64,000 nucleotides of DNA from an uncultured Gammaproteobacteria bacterium (GTDB taxonomy: Bacteria > Patescibacteriota > Microgenomatia > 2-02-FULL-39-11), in assembly GCA_964362665.1 (NCBI GenBank), contig CAYIFB010000002.1, positions 14,404 to 78,403 of the forward strand, in the 5' to 3' direction. Below are positions 1 through 9,895 of the stretch, in pieces. How positions within the stretch are numbered: the stretch's first letter is position 1; each line of letters starts with the position of its first letter. The notes below the pieces were generated by a model, which made no database searches, was not told where the DNA came from, and was given only the letters and a program-made list of their open reading frames with translations. Position numbers and translations under genes: made by a program.

Positions 1-6
1 GCCAAA

Positions 7-408
7 ATGGAACAGACAATAGGAGTGGTGTCAATGGATAGATTAAGATTATTTTTGCATGATAAACTTGAGGCATTTGCATCAATTGCCAGAGCTCAAA
101 GTGCAATAAGCGAGATAAAAACTGCTCATGAAACACAAGTGACAGATAGAATGAGGAAAGATGCGGCTTTGATTAGAGAACATCAGGAGGCTATTTCAAA
201 ATGGTTGACCAGAATGTTGAAAGATACAAATAGCCCGGTTCTAACTATTAGAAGACGAGCATGGGGGCAGTTACGAAAATTAGATTTAGCCGCACGACTT
301 CCATTACCAGATGTAGCCAGAATACTAAAAGATATGGGATTTGAAGCTCCAGACATCCATCCGGATAATGGAACCGCTAAAACAGTATTTCCTGAACCCG
401 CCTCTTGA
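7..408 (+). CDS. hypothetical protein (may be 5'-truncated by the window edge)
   Basis: 133-aa ORF with no recognisable motif. Confidence 0.55.
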   Translation: MEQTIGVVSMDRLRLFLHDKLEAFASIARAQSAISEIKTAHETQVTDRMRKDAALIREHQEAISKWLTRMLKDTNSPVLTIRRRAWGQLRKLDLAARLPLPDVARILKDMGFEAPDIHPDNGTAKTVFPEPAS

Positions 409-460
409 TTCTTCATTTAATATACTTTAATACTAAATACTGTATACTAAGTATTAGATT

Positions 461-1312
461 ATGGCCAAGTTCGTTCCAGACATCAAAACCCAAAGATGGA
501 TTGTAATTGCTCCTTCCCGTGTCGTCCGACCAGACGAACACCGGGATCCGACTCCAAAAAAAGTTTGCGTCTTTTGTTCGCCCAATGAAAATCTTACTCC
601 ACCGGAAGTCATGAGGATAGGGGATGGGGAAAAAGATAAACCGGGCTGGAAAGTGAGAGTTGTGCCCAATAAATTTCCAATTACCGACATCCATGAAGTT
701 ATTATTCATAGTCCAAATCACGACCAGGATGTTGCAGATTTAAGCTTGGAACAAGTGACTTTGTTAGTATCAGTCTACCGTTCACGCTTCCAATTTCACC
801 AGCAGAACGGTCAGGTGATGATTTTTTCCAATCACGGAGAACACGCCGGTGCCTCTCTTACCCATCCGCATTCCCAACTGGTAGTTATTCCGAGGCAAAT
901 TAATCTTGACGCATTGGTCCGTGAGCCGTTTATGAATATCGTCGAGGATAATAAATTTTTTGTCACCTATTGCCCTGATTTTTCCCAGTGGCCTTATGAG
1001 GTTTGGATCGCTCCCAAAAAGACAGGTACTAATTTTGGTAATATCAGTGATGAGGAGTTGAAAGATTTGGCGAGGGTCTGGCAGAATTCTCTCAAAAGAC
1101 TGGCGGTAAAATATAAAGATGCCTCGGTCAACAAAATTTATCCCGAACTGCCATTTGCTTATAATTTTTATATCCACCACGGGACTGACTGGTTTATCAG
1201 GATAATTCCCCGGTTAATTCACCGGGCCGGATTTGAGCTGGGGACAGGACTTAATGTCAACATTGTTGATCCGACAGTTGCCGCAGAAGAGTTGAAGGCA
1301 ATAAATTTATAA
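461..1312 (+). CDS. galT: galactose-1-phosphate uridylyltransferase (GalT/HIT family)
   Basis: CxxC (CVFC), WKVRVVPNKFP, HEVIIHSP, GASLTHPHSQ (HxHxQ catalytic motif), AGFELGTG. Confidence 0.85.
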   Translation: MAKFVPDIKTQRWIVIAPSRVVRPDEHRDPTPKKVCVFCSPNENLTPPEVMRIGDGEKDKPGWKVRVVPNKFPITDIHEVIIHSPNHDQDVADLSLEQVTLLVSVYRSRFQFHQQNGQVMIFSNHGEHAGASLTHPHSQLVVIPRQINLDALVREPFMNIVEDNKFFVTYCPDFSQWPYEVWIAPKKTGTNFGNISDEELKDLARVWQNSLKRLAVKYKDASVNKIYPELPFAYNFYIHHGTDWFIRIIPRLIHRAGFELGTGLNVNIVDPTVAAEELKAINL

Positions 1313-1318
1313 TTTATA

Positions 1319-1522
1319 TTAGATAGCAGTGCTTTTCTGCTGCAGTCCCAATAGCCACATGACAGCCTCTTTTTTATACCTTCTGTCACCGCGGGAATTG
1401 ATCCTGATCGCGGGAAGTTTTCCCCTTTTGCCCCATCTTTTGATGGTCAGAGGGGAGACTCTTAAAATTTTAGCAACCTCACGTACCGTGAGAAGTTCAG
1501 GCCATTCATCACCAAATGCCAT
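1319..1522 (-). CDS. small helix-turn-helix DNA-binding protein (excisionase/BldC-like, HTH_17)
   Basis: LLTVREVAKILRVSPLTIKRWGKRGKLPAIRINSRGDRRY matches the MerR-type winged HTH pattern of BldC/Xis. Confidence 0.85.
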   Translation of the reverse strand: MAFGDEWPELLTVREVAKILRVSPLTIKRWGKRGKLPAIRINSRGDRRYKKEAVMWLLGLQQKSTAI

Positions 1523-1737
1523 ATTTTAGTATTAAGTATTATGTATTAAGTATTAAGTATGAAACTTAATGCTTGATAAAATACTTAGCCCTCGAATGTC
1601 CAAACTGTCTGTTTGCAGTTAAGTCAGGAAACTTTTATAAACTCACGGGCAGACAATGGACAGTTAATATCAATACGGTACGTAATGTAACACAAGTATT
1701 TTAACGTTGTCAATAGAGATCAAAGGAGTGCAGAGTA

Positions 1738-2127
1738 TTACTTTAATTCTACCCCTGCTCCAGCTGTAGTTAGTTTGGTTTTCGCCTCTTCCGCTGTTTT
1801 CTTATTGACTCCTGTTAATACGTCTTTAGGTGCTGACTCAACCAGTGTTTTGGCTTCCTGAAGACCGAGTGTGGGAACCAGTTCCCGTACAGCTTTAATG
1901 ACGGAAATTTTATTGGCTCCGGCATTGGTTAAAACCACATTGAAGGTGGTTTGTTCCGGGGCTTTTTCTCCTTCTTCTGCTGCACCTCCCTGTGCTGGCG
2001 CTGCAACTGCCATCGGGGCTGCTGACACGCCAAATTTTTCCTCAAGTGCTTTTACTAAATCCGCGAGTTCCAAAACGGACATTTCTTCAACTGCTTTTAA
2101 GATGTCGTCTTTGCTTAATTTTGCCAT
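1738..2127 (-). CDS. rplL: 50S ribosomal protein L7/L12
   Basis: [46 protein letters not shown]. Confidence 0.98.
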   Translation of the reverse strand: MAKLSKDDILKAVEEMSVLELADLVKALEEKFGVSAAPMAVAAPAQGGAAEEGEKAPEQTTFNVVLTNAGANKISVIKAVRELVPTLGLQEAKTLVESAPKDVLTGVNKKTAEEAKTKLTTAGAGVELK

Positions 2128-2153
2128 AATGTAATAGTGTCACCGCCTTTCAT

Positions 2154-2261
2154 TAGAAATTGTTAGCGAATTTATGAGCTTACAATTTCTTGTGTCCTCC
2201 TAAGATCGCTCCGTGAGCCGCGCTACGAATAGTAGGTAAGGCGAACGGTAAGATCAGGAGG
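2154..2261. repeat. dispersed structured repeat, copy 1 (rplJ-rplL intergenic)
   Basis: Reverse complement aligns to 29853-29963. The core TGAGCCGCGCTACGAATAGTAGG(G)TAAGGCGAA is shared and the stems show compensatory changes. Confidence 0.85.
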
Positions 2262-2275
2262 ATTTGTTTCCTTTC

Positions 2276-2824
2276 TTACTTTTTCTTTTCTTTAATATTA
2301 TTTAGAGCAACAACCACTCTCTGCAGATTCCAATTTAAAGCATAATGCAGGCCGTAAAGAGGTGATTTCATTCTCATAGCCAAGGTTGCTAAAAGGATTT
2401 CGCGGTTTGCTAGGACCGATAATTTTTTAAAATCTTCATTTGTAGCGATTCTTTCGTCAAAAAAACCGATTTTGATTTTGGGAAGCTGAAAATTTTTAAT
2501 AAATTTTGCTACCGCTTTGACAGCATTGACAGTGTCTCCATGAATCAGAAGTGCAGCTGTAGGATTATTGAGTTCTCCTTCCAGTTGAGGGAGAGATTCT
2601 TTCGGAAGCTGTTGGATGGCCAGTTTAAGCAAAGTATTTTTCGCGACAATATATTCAGCCTCAACTTTTTTCAAAGCTTTTCGCAGTTCTTCCAGCTGTT
2701 TGTGGGTAAGCCCTCTGTAATCAGTGAAAAAAAAGGCTTTGGCTGTCTTCAATTTTTCCTGAAGTGACGAGATAGCCTCAATTTTTCTTTGTCTGTTTGG
2801 TGATGTTTTTGCTACTTTATCCAT
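2276..2824 (-). CDS. rplJ: 50S ribosomal protein L10
   Basis: FFTDYRGLTHKQLEELRKAL, VAKNTLLKLA. Start placed at MDKV (2824) because the upstream part of the ORF is the L10 leader. Confidence 0.95.
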   Translation of the reverse strand: MDKVAKTSPNRQRKIEAISSLQEKLKTAKAFFFTDYRGLTHKQLEELRKALKKVEAEYIVAKNTLLKLAIQQLPKESLPQLEGELNNPTAALLIHGDTVNAVKAVAKFIKNFQLPKIKIGFFDERIATNEDFKKLSVLANREILLATLAMRMKSPLYGLHYALNWNLQRVVVALNNIKEKKK

Positions 2825-2910
2825 AAAAAATGCCTCGATTAACGAGGCGAAAGGATTATATCTAATCTTCTCCTCGGCAGGTCTTAATTTTGCGCCTGCT
2901 GTCTTAGGTA
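2825..2910 (-). promoter_or_regulatory. L10 ribosomal protein leader (autogenous control RNA) with attenuator-like hairpin
   Basis: Minus strand reads CCTAAGACAGCAGG...TTAA..CCTGCCGAGG, resembling the L10 leader consensus. It is followed by GCCTCG-TTAAT-CGAGGC and a U-run directly before the rplJ ATG. Confidence 0.8.
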
Positions 2911-2986
2911 GAAGAAATATTAACACACTCTTTGCGTTGGGTCAAGGGTTTGGAGAAGGGAAGGATTAATGGTAGAATAAAATTCT

Positions 2987-3376
2987 ATGGCGCCTTTAGC
3001 AGCCGATTTACAGCAGAATATTATGGTGACGGTGTACCTTCTTTTTTCCCATAACTATATTGCCTTTGCCTATTTTACCGGTCTGATTATAAGTATTATA
3101 TTATCGATTAAATGGCCGTCACGTTTTTCCACCTATTCTTTTTTAGGTTTTGCGATTCTTCTTTTCTCCTACGAATACGACAAACATATTATTGAAGGTC
3201 TTCGCCAACAGACTTTGAGGTCTCTTATCACCCTGCAGCCTCATCTTCGCTTTCAGAGACTTATCAGCGTAACGATTACTGAGATTCTGCCGATATTATT
3301 TTATATTGCAGGCTGGGCCTTTATCTACCTTGCCATTATCCACGCCGCGAGAAAACTGGGGAAGAAGGAAAAGTAA
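2987..3376 (+). CDS. small integral membrane protein
   Basis: 129 aa with about three hydrophobic segments. Confidence 0.7.
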   Translation: MAPLAADLQQNIMVTVYLLFSHNYIAFAYFTGLIISIILSIKWPSRFSTYSFLGFAILLFSYEYDKHIIEGLRQQTLRSLITLQPHLRFQRLISVTITEILPILFYIAGWAFIYLAIIHAARKLGKKEK

Positions 3377-3490
3377 TACTCCAAACGATATATTCAAAAG
3401 GATAAAATTTAAACCTTCTCATCACCAATGATGTTTTGATAAATACCCTATAGCATGTTATAATCCTCCAGATTATTTGTAATAAATCCT

Positions 3491-5146
3491 ATGCCAGGAA
3501 TAGAAGTACGATCAGGTGACATACAATTAAATATGACAGATGTGGTAAATACTCCCCGATACCGTGCGGTTGGCAATAATTTGATTTTATTACCTAAAAC
3601 ACCATCAAACCCACACTGCGATCGAGTTCTGGATAGAATTGATGCCGCAAGGTTGGAAAGACCTCCGACTCCGGAAGAGTTAGATCAGTTTGGCACGCTT
3701 ATTCAGGTTGCCCCAAATCAACCAACACCCGCATCGCCTGATGAAGATCTTAGAGTCCAATCGATTTATACCGGTTCTGGATGTGGCTTAGTTGGTTTGG
3801 GTACCTTATTTCCGGAACTTCAGGCAGGTCTAAATCATTTTCAAACACTGACAGGTCTACTTTTTCCGTCCCAAGTGGCGTGGAATCATGGGTTAGTTGC
3901 AGAGGTCAATCAGGCAAACATGCTACCTGAAGGGAATCAGGACTTAATTGAAGCATGGCTTGGGGCAATCGAACCAAAAAGAGTTTGGAGTCTAACCCAT
4001 CTTCTAAGCCCGCGCAAACAGGCAAAATCATTGGAAGCTCTAATTTCACCTGAAAGTCGCACCCACAGGCTCGGAATTATTGGCCTTGGAGATATCGGGA
4101 CTTTTGTAGCTTCGATGATAAGACGAGCAGATCGAAAAGATACCCATATTAATGATATTTTTATCGGAGGATCGAGAAATTCCGAAAAAGTTAATGCCCA
4201 ATTGTTGGAATTACAACATATTAATATTGAGGGCGTACAGCAGCCCAATATTCATGCTGTCATGCCGGGGGAAGAGGATACTTTTTTCCGTGAATGCGAT
4301 ATTATTTTGATTCTTATCGCATCTGAGATACCGGCGCCAGGTTCGAGTCAGAATATAGATGTCCGATCAGTGCAATATGCCCGAAATTTGGAAATAATAT
4401 GCGAAATACTTAGTAAAGCTAAAAAACATGAATATGATGGCCAAATTTTGATGGGATCAGATCCGGTGGAGCAATTGACGATGGCGATGTACTTGAATAT
4501 GAAAAGAAACGGTTGGGATATAAACACACACCAGTTTGCCGGTTTCGGAGGAATGATTAATAGATCCAGAGCAAAAGCTGTGGCTGACGAGATGGGTTTA
4601 AATTCCTTTCAAAGAACCGGCAGAACGTACGGACCTCACGGCAAAATGGCGCTTGCTTTTCCCACTCATAATCCTGAAGAATATAATCAACGAGTCGCAG
4701 AATTACTTTCTCTTAGAACAGCACTTGGTAACTACCGGATCAGAGAACAAGGGGAAAAACCATATATCGGTCCTTCCGTGCTCATTTCTGAAGGACTTAC
4801 TAACATGCTCCACGGTGGTTTAAACCTCAGACCGTCCAGCCGCAGGGGTACGATTTACGCCAGTCCGTTTTTACCGGGAGATGATTCAGATGAATTGGGA
4901 GCATTTTTTGGCGCAAGAGTGCAGTATATTCCTGCGCCGGGTGTCTGGACTCCAAGAGTGGATCAACCGTATTTAGAGCAGGTAATGGCTGTATTACGAA
5001 GAGCCCATCAATGGACCTCAATAACCAGTCATCACCCTGATGCGCTTAAACATGATCCTTTTACGGATGGACAAAATAGCCATCCCGCATTTCATCCTTT
5101 TATGATGGAAGAATGGATGAAATTAGTAATGCAGAAAACAGAATGA
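3491..5146 (+). CDS. lactate/malate dehydrogenase-like NAD-binding protein with long N-terminal extension
   Basis: Rossmann motif LGIIGLGDIG, DVRSVQYARN, SDPVE, GFGGMINRSRA, YGPHG (catalytic His region of the LDH/MDH fold). Confidence 0.65.
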   Translation: MPGIEVRSGDIQLNMTDVVNTPRYRAVGNNLILLPKTPSNPHCDRVLDRIDAARLERPPTPEELDQFGTLIQVAPNQPTPASPDEDLRVQSIYTGSGCGLVGLGTLFPELQAGLNHFQTLTGLLFPSQVAWNHGLVAEVNQANMLPEGNQDLIEAWLGAIEPKRVWSLTHLLSPRKQAKSLEALISPESRTHRLGIIGLGDIGTFVASMIRRADRKDTHINDIFIGGSRNSEKVNAQLLELQHINIEGVQQPNIHAVMPGEEDTFFRECDIILILIASEIPAPGSSQNIDVRSVQYARNLEIICEILSKAKKHEYDGQILMGSDPVEQLTMAMYLNMKRNGWDINTHQFAGFGGMINRSRAKAVADEMGLNSFQRTGRTYGPHGKMALAFPTHNPEEYNQRVAELLSLRTALGNYRIREQGEKPYIGPSVLISEGLTNMLHGGLNLRPSSRRGTIYASPFLPGDDSDELGAFFGARVQYIPAPGVWTPRVDQPYLEQVMAVLRRAHQWTSITSHHPDALKHDPFTDGQNSHPAFHPFMMEEWMKLVMQKTE

Positions 5147-5168
5147 TTCGTCACTTCAGAGGTTTAGT

Positions 5169-6143
5169 ATGATTACGGAAATTACTCCTCGCATTTTCGG
5201 AAGGACTCTAATTTCTCCTTTTGAGATTATGGGTCAGCGGGAAATTGACCAACTGGATGAACTTTTATTATCCCGTCCCCGCGGTGTTATTATGCTCGAT
5301 TTGGATGGACATTTAATAAACGAAGATCAACGCATAACGGACGGAAGAATCGGGGAATCAATTCAAAAGACTAAAGACGCCGGGTTTTTGGTGTGTCTCA
5401 ATTCAGCCCGACCATCTCAGACACTACGCGAGTGGCAGAGGGTGTTTGGAACGGATGATCCTAATTTTGCTGAATTTGGAGGATTGGTTGATTTTGCAAA
5501 TTTGGGATGGCAATTAGTTTTTCAGGAGAAAGAGTATCAATTTTTTGGCGAAATGAGAAGATCAATTCCAGTTCTTTTAAAGGGTATGCAAGATAAGGGA
5601 TTTTCAAATATCGATTACAGATATTGTGAAGACGAGGAGGCTGCCACGCAACTTCAGCGCCAAACAGATGACCATTCTTGGATTTCATCTCCATATACCC
5701 ATGGAATTTACCTTAATGGCAGGCCAAGATTAAGGTTAGGGTTGCGGGCTTTTAAGATAACTCCTGATGGTCCTTCTTTTGATGAAGGATATACCCAAGC
5801 CGTTTTGGATTTACTGCGGGCTTATGAAAAAGAAAATCCTTTTTATAAACCGTTAGTCTATAATTTTAATCCGCTGGATTATTCTGTATTTATTCACTCA
5901 GGCAAACAAAATAAAACTATTATCTGGAGAATATTATTGTCATATTTAGGAAAAAATGCCTCAACTCGAGAGTTTTATCATTTAGGTGACAGCAGGGTAG
6001 ATAGAATAGAAGTGCCACAAGTAAAATTTTTGACGGTTGGTAATGCTCAGGAAGATATTAAAGGAAAAGCGCACCGTGTTTCACCGCTAGGATTCACACA
6101 AGGTGTGGTGGATAATCTGACCTGGATTAGGGATAACCATTAA
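5169..6143 (+). CDS. HAD-superfamily hydrolase (Cof/subfamily IIB-like)
   Basis: DLDG motif I, NSAR motif II, K and GDSxxD motifs III/IV, VGNA. Confidence 0.75.
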   Translation: MITEITPRIFGRTLISPFEIMGQREIDQLDELLLSRPRGVIMLDLDGHLINEDQRITDGRIGESIQKTKDAGFLVCLNSARPSQTLREWQRVFGTDDPNFAEFGGLVDFANLGWQLVFQEKEYQFFGEMRRSIPVLLKGMQDKGFSNIDYRYCEDEEAATQLQRQTDDHSWISSPYTHGIYLNGRPRLRLGLRAFKITPDGPSFDEGYTQAVLDLLRAYEKENPFYKPLVYNFNPLDYSVFIHSGKQNKTIIWRILLSYLGKNASTREFYHLGDSRVDRIEVPQVKFLTVGNAQEDIKGKAHRVSPLGFTQGVVDNLTWIRDNH

Positions 6144-6144
6144 A

Positions 6145-7041
6145 CTAAGACGAGGGAAGAGACATTCTTTTAATATTTCTGTATGTAAGATAATTCAATA
6201 AGGAAGATAATCCGCTTTCTCGGATAATGGAGTCAGACTTTGATGATCCGGGAATTGTTACACCGGCATCTTCCAAATAAGACTTTATGGTTTGCAGTTG
6301 ATCATGAAAGGATAAATAGACTTCAACTTCTCCCCGGTGCCTGGATAAAGCCTGATCCATTTTATGGACAAGCGAAACCGCATAAGCTGTTTTAAGCCCG
6401 TCGCTACCTGGGGTTTGCATGTCGATGACGCTCATATCGGCAAGCATGAGCAATACTCTTTCTATCGTCTTAGAATCACTGTTTAAAAGATGATGTATGC
6501 TATGGGCGACAGTATTGGCGTGTTCCGGAAAACCCCAGACTGTAAGTAATGCAATAGTTTTTAAAATATGATTTCCTTCCATCCTCCTCCAGGGAGATTG
6601 GGAGGGGTATGAATTCGTGTAAGGAGTTAAATCCACTTTATCCAATTCCCATTTTGCAACATCTTCGGAGGTGATTAAATTACCTAAATCATGGGCAAAC
6701 GCAGAAGTAACGAGCAAAGGCTCATCTACAACACTTGAACCGATCGTCGATTGAGATACTTGATTTAGCTGCCTACCAACTTCCGTAGTATAATTACATA
6801 CCAGTAGCGAGTGGCTTAAAAGCGAATGCGGGCCAGCTCTTTCTGCTTCAACCATCCGCTCTACCAGCCCTGACTCTTTTAGTTTCTGGGTTAACCGCAA
6901 TGAACTTTCAAAAGATGGGAAGGCAGGTTGGCACTCTTCATTGATATATCTTTCCAAACCTGTAACAATACCTACCCCGGTTACCTGACTAAGATGGTCA
7001 ATATTTAAGCTTCTAAGAAGTCCTAATCGTTCTACAGTCAT
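6145..7041 (-). CDS. HD-domain phosphohydrolase
   Basis: HS...AHDLG...H...HH...LAD metal-binding pattern. Confidence 0.7.
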   Translation of the reverse strand: MTVERLGLLRSLNIDHLSQVTGVGIVTGLERYINEECQPAFPSFESSLRLTQKLKESGLVERMVEAERAGPHSLLSHSLLVCNYTTEVGRQLNQVSQSTIGSSVVDEPLLVTSAFAHDLGNLITSEDVAKWELDKVDLTPYTNSYPSQSPWRRMEGNHILKTIALLTVWGFPEHANTVAHSIHHLLNSDSKTIERVLLMLADMSVIDMQTPGSDGLKTAYAVSLVHKMDQALSRHRGEVEVYLSFHDQLQTIKSYLEDAGVTIPGSSKSDSIIRESGLSSLLNYLTYRNIKRMSLPSS

Positions 7042-7111
7042 ATTAATTAATATGGAAAGTTCATTATAATAGCATAAAGAAGCCGCAAAATAAAAAAAGT
7101 TGAAGTTGTAA

Positions 7112-7984
7112 TCAACTAAAAAGAACTTTTATCCCCGGACTCATGGTAGATTTGAGGGTAATTTTCTGAATTTTATCCGGTATGATTGATTTTATTAAAG
7201 CTTTGAAATTGTCTTCCAGCTGTTTATCTTTGAAGGATAGTTTACCGATGACTGCATGGATGAGAGGGAATTCAGACTCGGTTTTCCAGTTGACTGATCC
7301 TCCCTGAAATTTTTTGGCTACTTCCTCAGGTTTATCGGAGATGGTACCGTTTTTGGGATTTGGCATAAGGCCTTTGGGGCCTAAAAATTTGGCAACCCTG
7401 GCGAGCTTTCCCATCACAGACGGGTGGGCGATAAGCGTATCGAAATAAATTTTGCCGTTGGTAATATCTTCGACGATTTTATCAATAGTTTTGGTATCGG
7501 CTATTGCTACTTTTACTTCTTTGCCTGTGCCATGAGGAAGCTGGACGTTGCCCCGCAGTCCTTTTTCCACCGTATTGATGTGAAGTTCGACTGTTTCGTC
7601 AAATTTCGCCAATGCTACTTCGCGCAGAAGTATTAACCCGTCGCCAAAAGGGTAAAGTTTGTTATGATCAACCTTCATCAAAGCCTGTTTGTACACTTTA
7701 CTGCGATTGCGAGCTCTGGATTTTTTGGATTTTTCTTCCTCTTTCCCGGGATGAATTCCTTCAGATTGGTCTTTTTCTACAGTCTCGGCGAGTTTGGCAA
7801 GCTTTGAGATTTCCTCTTCAGATTCTGCTCCCACAGACTTTACTCTTTGTCCGCCTTTCATGCCCGGGACATGGACTTTTTGGGAAAGTTCGCGCTTTTT
7901 CTTTTCCTCACGCTTGACGCGCTGCTTATCCTTCAAAGCTGCTTCTTCATCACTTCCTAGTGCTGCAATTTTTATTTTTCCCAT
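7112..7984 (-). CDS. rplA: 50S ribosomal protein L1 (long charged N-terminal extension)
   Basis: AKFDETVELH, LPHGTGK, LGPKGLMPNPKNGT, STMSPG. Confidence 0.97.
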   Translation of the reverse strand: MGKIKIAALGSDEEAALKDKQRVKREEKKKRELSQKVHVPGMKGGQRVKSVGAESEEEISKLAKLAETVEKDQSEGIHPGKEEEKSKKSRARNRSKVYKQALMKVDHNKLYPFGDGLILLREVALAKFDETVELHINTVEKGLRGNVQLPHGTGKEVKVAIADTKTIDKIVEDITNGKIYFDTLIAHPSVMGKLARVAKFLGPKGLMPNPKNGTISDKPEEVAKKFQGGSVNWKTESEFPLIHAVIGKLSFKDKQLEDNFKALIKSIIPDKIQKITLKSTMSPGIKVLFS

Positions 7985-7985
7985 A

Positions 7986-8411
7986 TTATTCTACCTTTAC
8001 TCCCATCGATCTGGCTGTGCCCGCAACGATTTTCATGGCTGCCTCGACATTATCGCAATTGAGGTCTTCCATCTTATCCTTGGCAATAGTCTCGACGTCT
8101 GATTTTTTTAAAGTTCCGGCTGACTCTTTACCGGTTTTACCAGATCCTTTTTCCAATCCCAATTTTTTTTTGATAAGTTCCGCGACAGGCGGAAGCTTGG
8201 TAATGAAAGAGAAAGTCCTGTCTACATAAACTGTGATGACAGCCGGAATCACCTGTCCTTTTTTATCGGCTGTTTTTTCATTGTAGGCACGGACAAAATC
8301 CATGATAGGCAGGCCATGCTGGCCAAGTGCCGGACCAACCGGAGGAGCGGGAGTGGCTTCGCCTGCTTTTAAATTTAGCTTAATGACTGTTTTGACTTTT
8401 TTGGCTACCAT
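7986..8411 (-). CDS. rplK: 50S ribosomal protein L11
   Basis: [26 protein letters not shown]; start placed at MVAKK (8411). Confidence 0.98.
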   Translation of the reverse strand: MVAKKVKTVIKLNLKAGEATPAPPVGPALGQHGLPIMDFVRAYNEKTADKKGQVIPAVITVYVDRTFSFITKLPPVAELIKKKLGLEKGSGKTGKESAGTLKKSDVETIAKDKMEDLNCDNVEAAMKIVAGTARSMGVKVE

Positions 8412-8702
8412 TTTTGAGTATAAAGTATTTAGTATTAAGTATTTTGGGAAGGAGAATGGAGAATTGAAGAAATTAAAATAAATCACCAATTCGGCATTCC
8501 GCCTCCCTTATTCCGATCCAATCGAAACAGGTAAAAGTAGTTTAACATTTCAAAAAGCACTTGTAAAGGTATAATTCAAGGCTAATTAATTATAGGCTTA
8601 GGATAACTTATCCACATAGAAACCTATAGTAGTAGTCATAATAATAATTATAGGCTTATGAATCAGAGAAATTATACAGGAGGTGAATTTAATCTATTGA
8701 AA

Positions 8703-9299
8703 TTACCCTCTTCTGAATCCTTTGGTAGGGGAAGGATTAAGGCGGGCTTGAGTATTTGTCTGCATAGTTCGATCGTTTCGATAGCCATGCGGATTTGGTG
8801 CTGGTGGGGTTGGGAATTGAGATCTAATTTTATCTCTAGCTTTAGCGACGCTTTCTCTATCCAATTCAGCAACAGTACCGGCAAACCATCTGGGATACCA
8901 GCCTTGAGAAGCTCCTTGTTCTCCTGCATACAAGCCAGCAACTGATACTCCGCTTGGATGCGTAGCGTCATCGCTTGGTCCATCCAATTCGCCGGTCAAA
9001 GGGCTTACAGCATGCGAATTCATTTGTTTAATGCAATTTGCATCAAGCGCGGCCCGGCGGTCATCTGCTGTTTTACCATCGGGGAGTCTGAATCCGCGCG
9101 CAGCAATCATTTGTTCTGCCTGATCAGTACCATCTCCACAACCCCAAATAATGGCTTGTGTGGCAATAAAAGTTGTAGGATGCATAGTAGGAATAATGTC
9201 AGCTCGAGCCTCAGGTCCACTAAGACTACAAGCGAGATTTGCTCCTTCAAGAAATAAAATTGCGACACCTAATCTGACAGCTGCTGCTCTTTTATTCAT
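8703..9299 (-). CDS. putative lipoprotein
   Basis: N-terminal signal with lipobox-like NLAC; upstream TTGACA-N17-TATATT ends 6 nt before the ATG. Confidence 0.6.
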   Translation of the reverse strand: MNKRAAAVRLGVAILFLEGANLACSLSGPEARADIIPTMHPTTFIATQAIIWGCGDGTDQAEQMIAARGFRLPDGKTADDRRAALDANCIKQMNSHAVSPLTGELDGPSDDATHPSGVSVAGLYAGEQGASQGWYPRWFAGTVAELDRESVAKARDKIRSQFPTPPAPNPHGYRNDRTMQTNTQARLNPSPTKGFRRG

Positions 9300-9380
9300 T
9301 ATTATAATATACTATAGGTTATAGGAATTGTCAAGTATGAAGCTGAGATCGAGAATTATTGACTTATGGAATGAGGTTAA

Positions 9381-9893
9381 TCAGTCAGATGCATTATGCT
9401 GCTTCAGCTGTTTTTCGATAATTTTTTGGATGAGTGAGACATTGGTTTGGTTCAGCATCTCTTTGAGTTCCTTATCCCGATTTACGCCTTTATTTAAGCG
9501 TTTATTGAGGATTTGCAGAGCTTTTGTCAGTTCGCGTTCGGAGATAAGAATCATCTGCAAAAGCAGTTCATTTCTGAGGGTGTTGATATAGCTTTGCCTA
9601 TTTTGGCTGATGAGAACAATCACGGTCAGAAAAATGGCACCAACTGAGGCTATCATTGTCAGTAAGATAAAAGGATAAGGATCATAAATCGGAACACCCG
9701 GAATTACCCCGACATTAAATAAAATCCAGATAATTGTGACTATCAGTAAAATGATAAAAAATCTCGCGGTGCCAAAGCGGCTGGTTAATATATCAGCTAT
9801 TTTTATGGAGATGGTTCTTTTACTTAAAGTCTGGGCCTCAAGGGTGCGGATTAATCCAACGTAGTTCTGAGGAGAGTTTATCTGTTTCATCAA
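9381..9893 (-). CDS. DUF1003-family membrane protein
   Basis: IADILTSRFGT, YDPYPFILL, VLISQNRQ. Confidence 0.85.
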   Translation of the reverse strand: MMKQINSPQNYVGLIRTLEAQTLSKRTISIKIADILTSRFGTARFFIILLIVTIIWILFNVGVIPGVPIYDPYPFILLTMIASVGAIFLTVIVLISQNRQSYINTLRNELLLQMILISERELTKALQILNKRLNKGVNRDKELKEMLNQTNVSLIQKIIEKQLKQHNASD

Positions 9894-9895
9894 AT

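Noticed and set aside
2825-2926. Longer rplJ start (2926), and longer rplK start (8489)
   Set aside because: The extensions run through the L10 leader RNA and the heptamer array respectively; homology starts at the downstream ATGs.
8658-8983. ORFs 8672-8983(-) and 8658-8945(+)
   Set aside because: They overlap the lipoprotein ORF, which has a signal peptide and promoter; no independent support, although a frameshifted C-terminus cannot be excluded.
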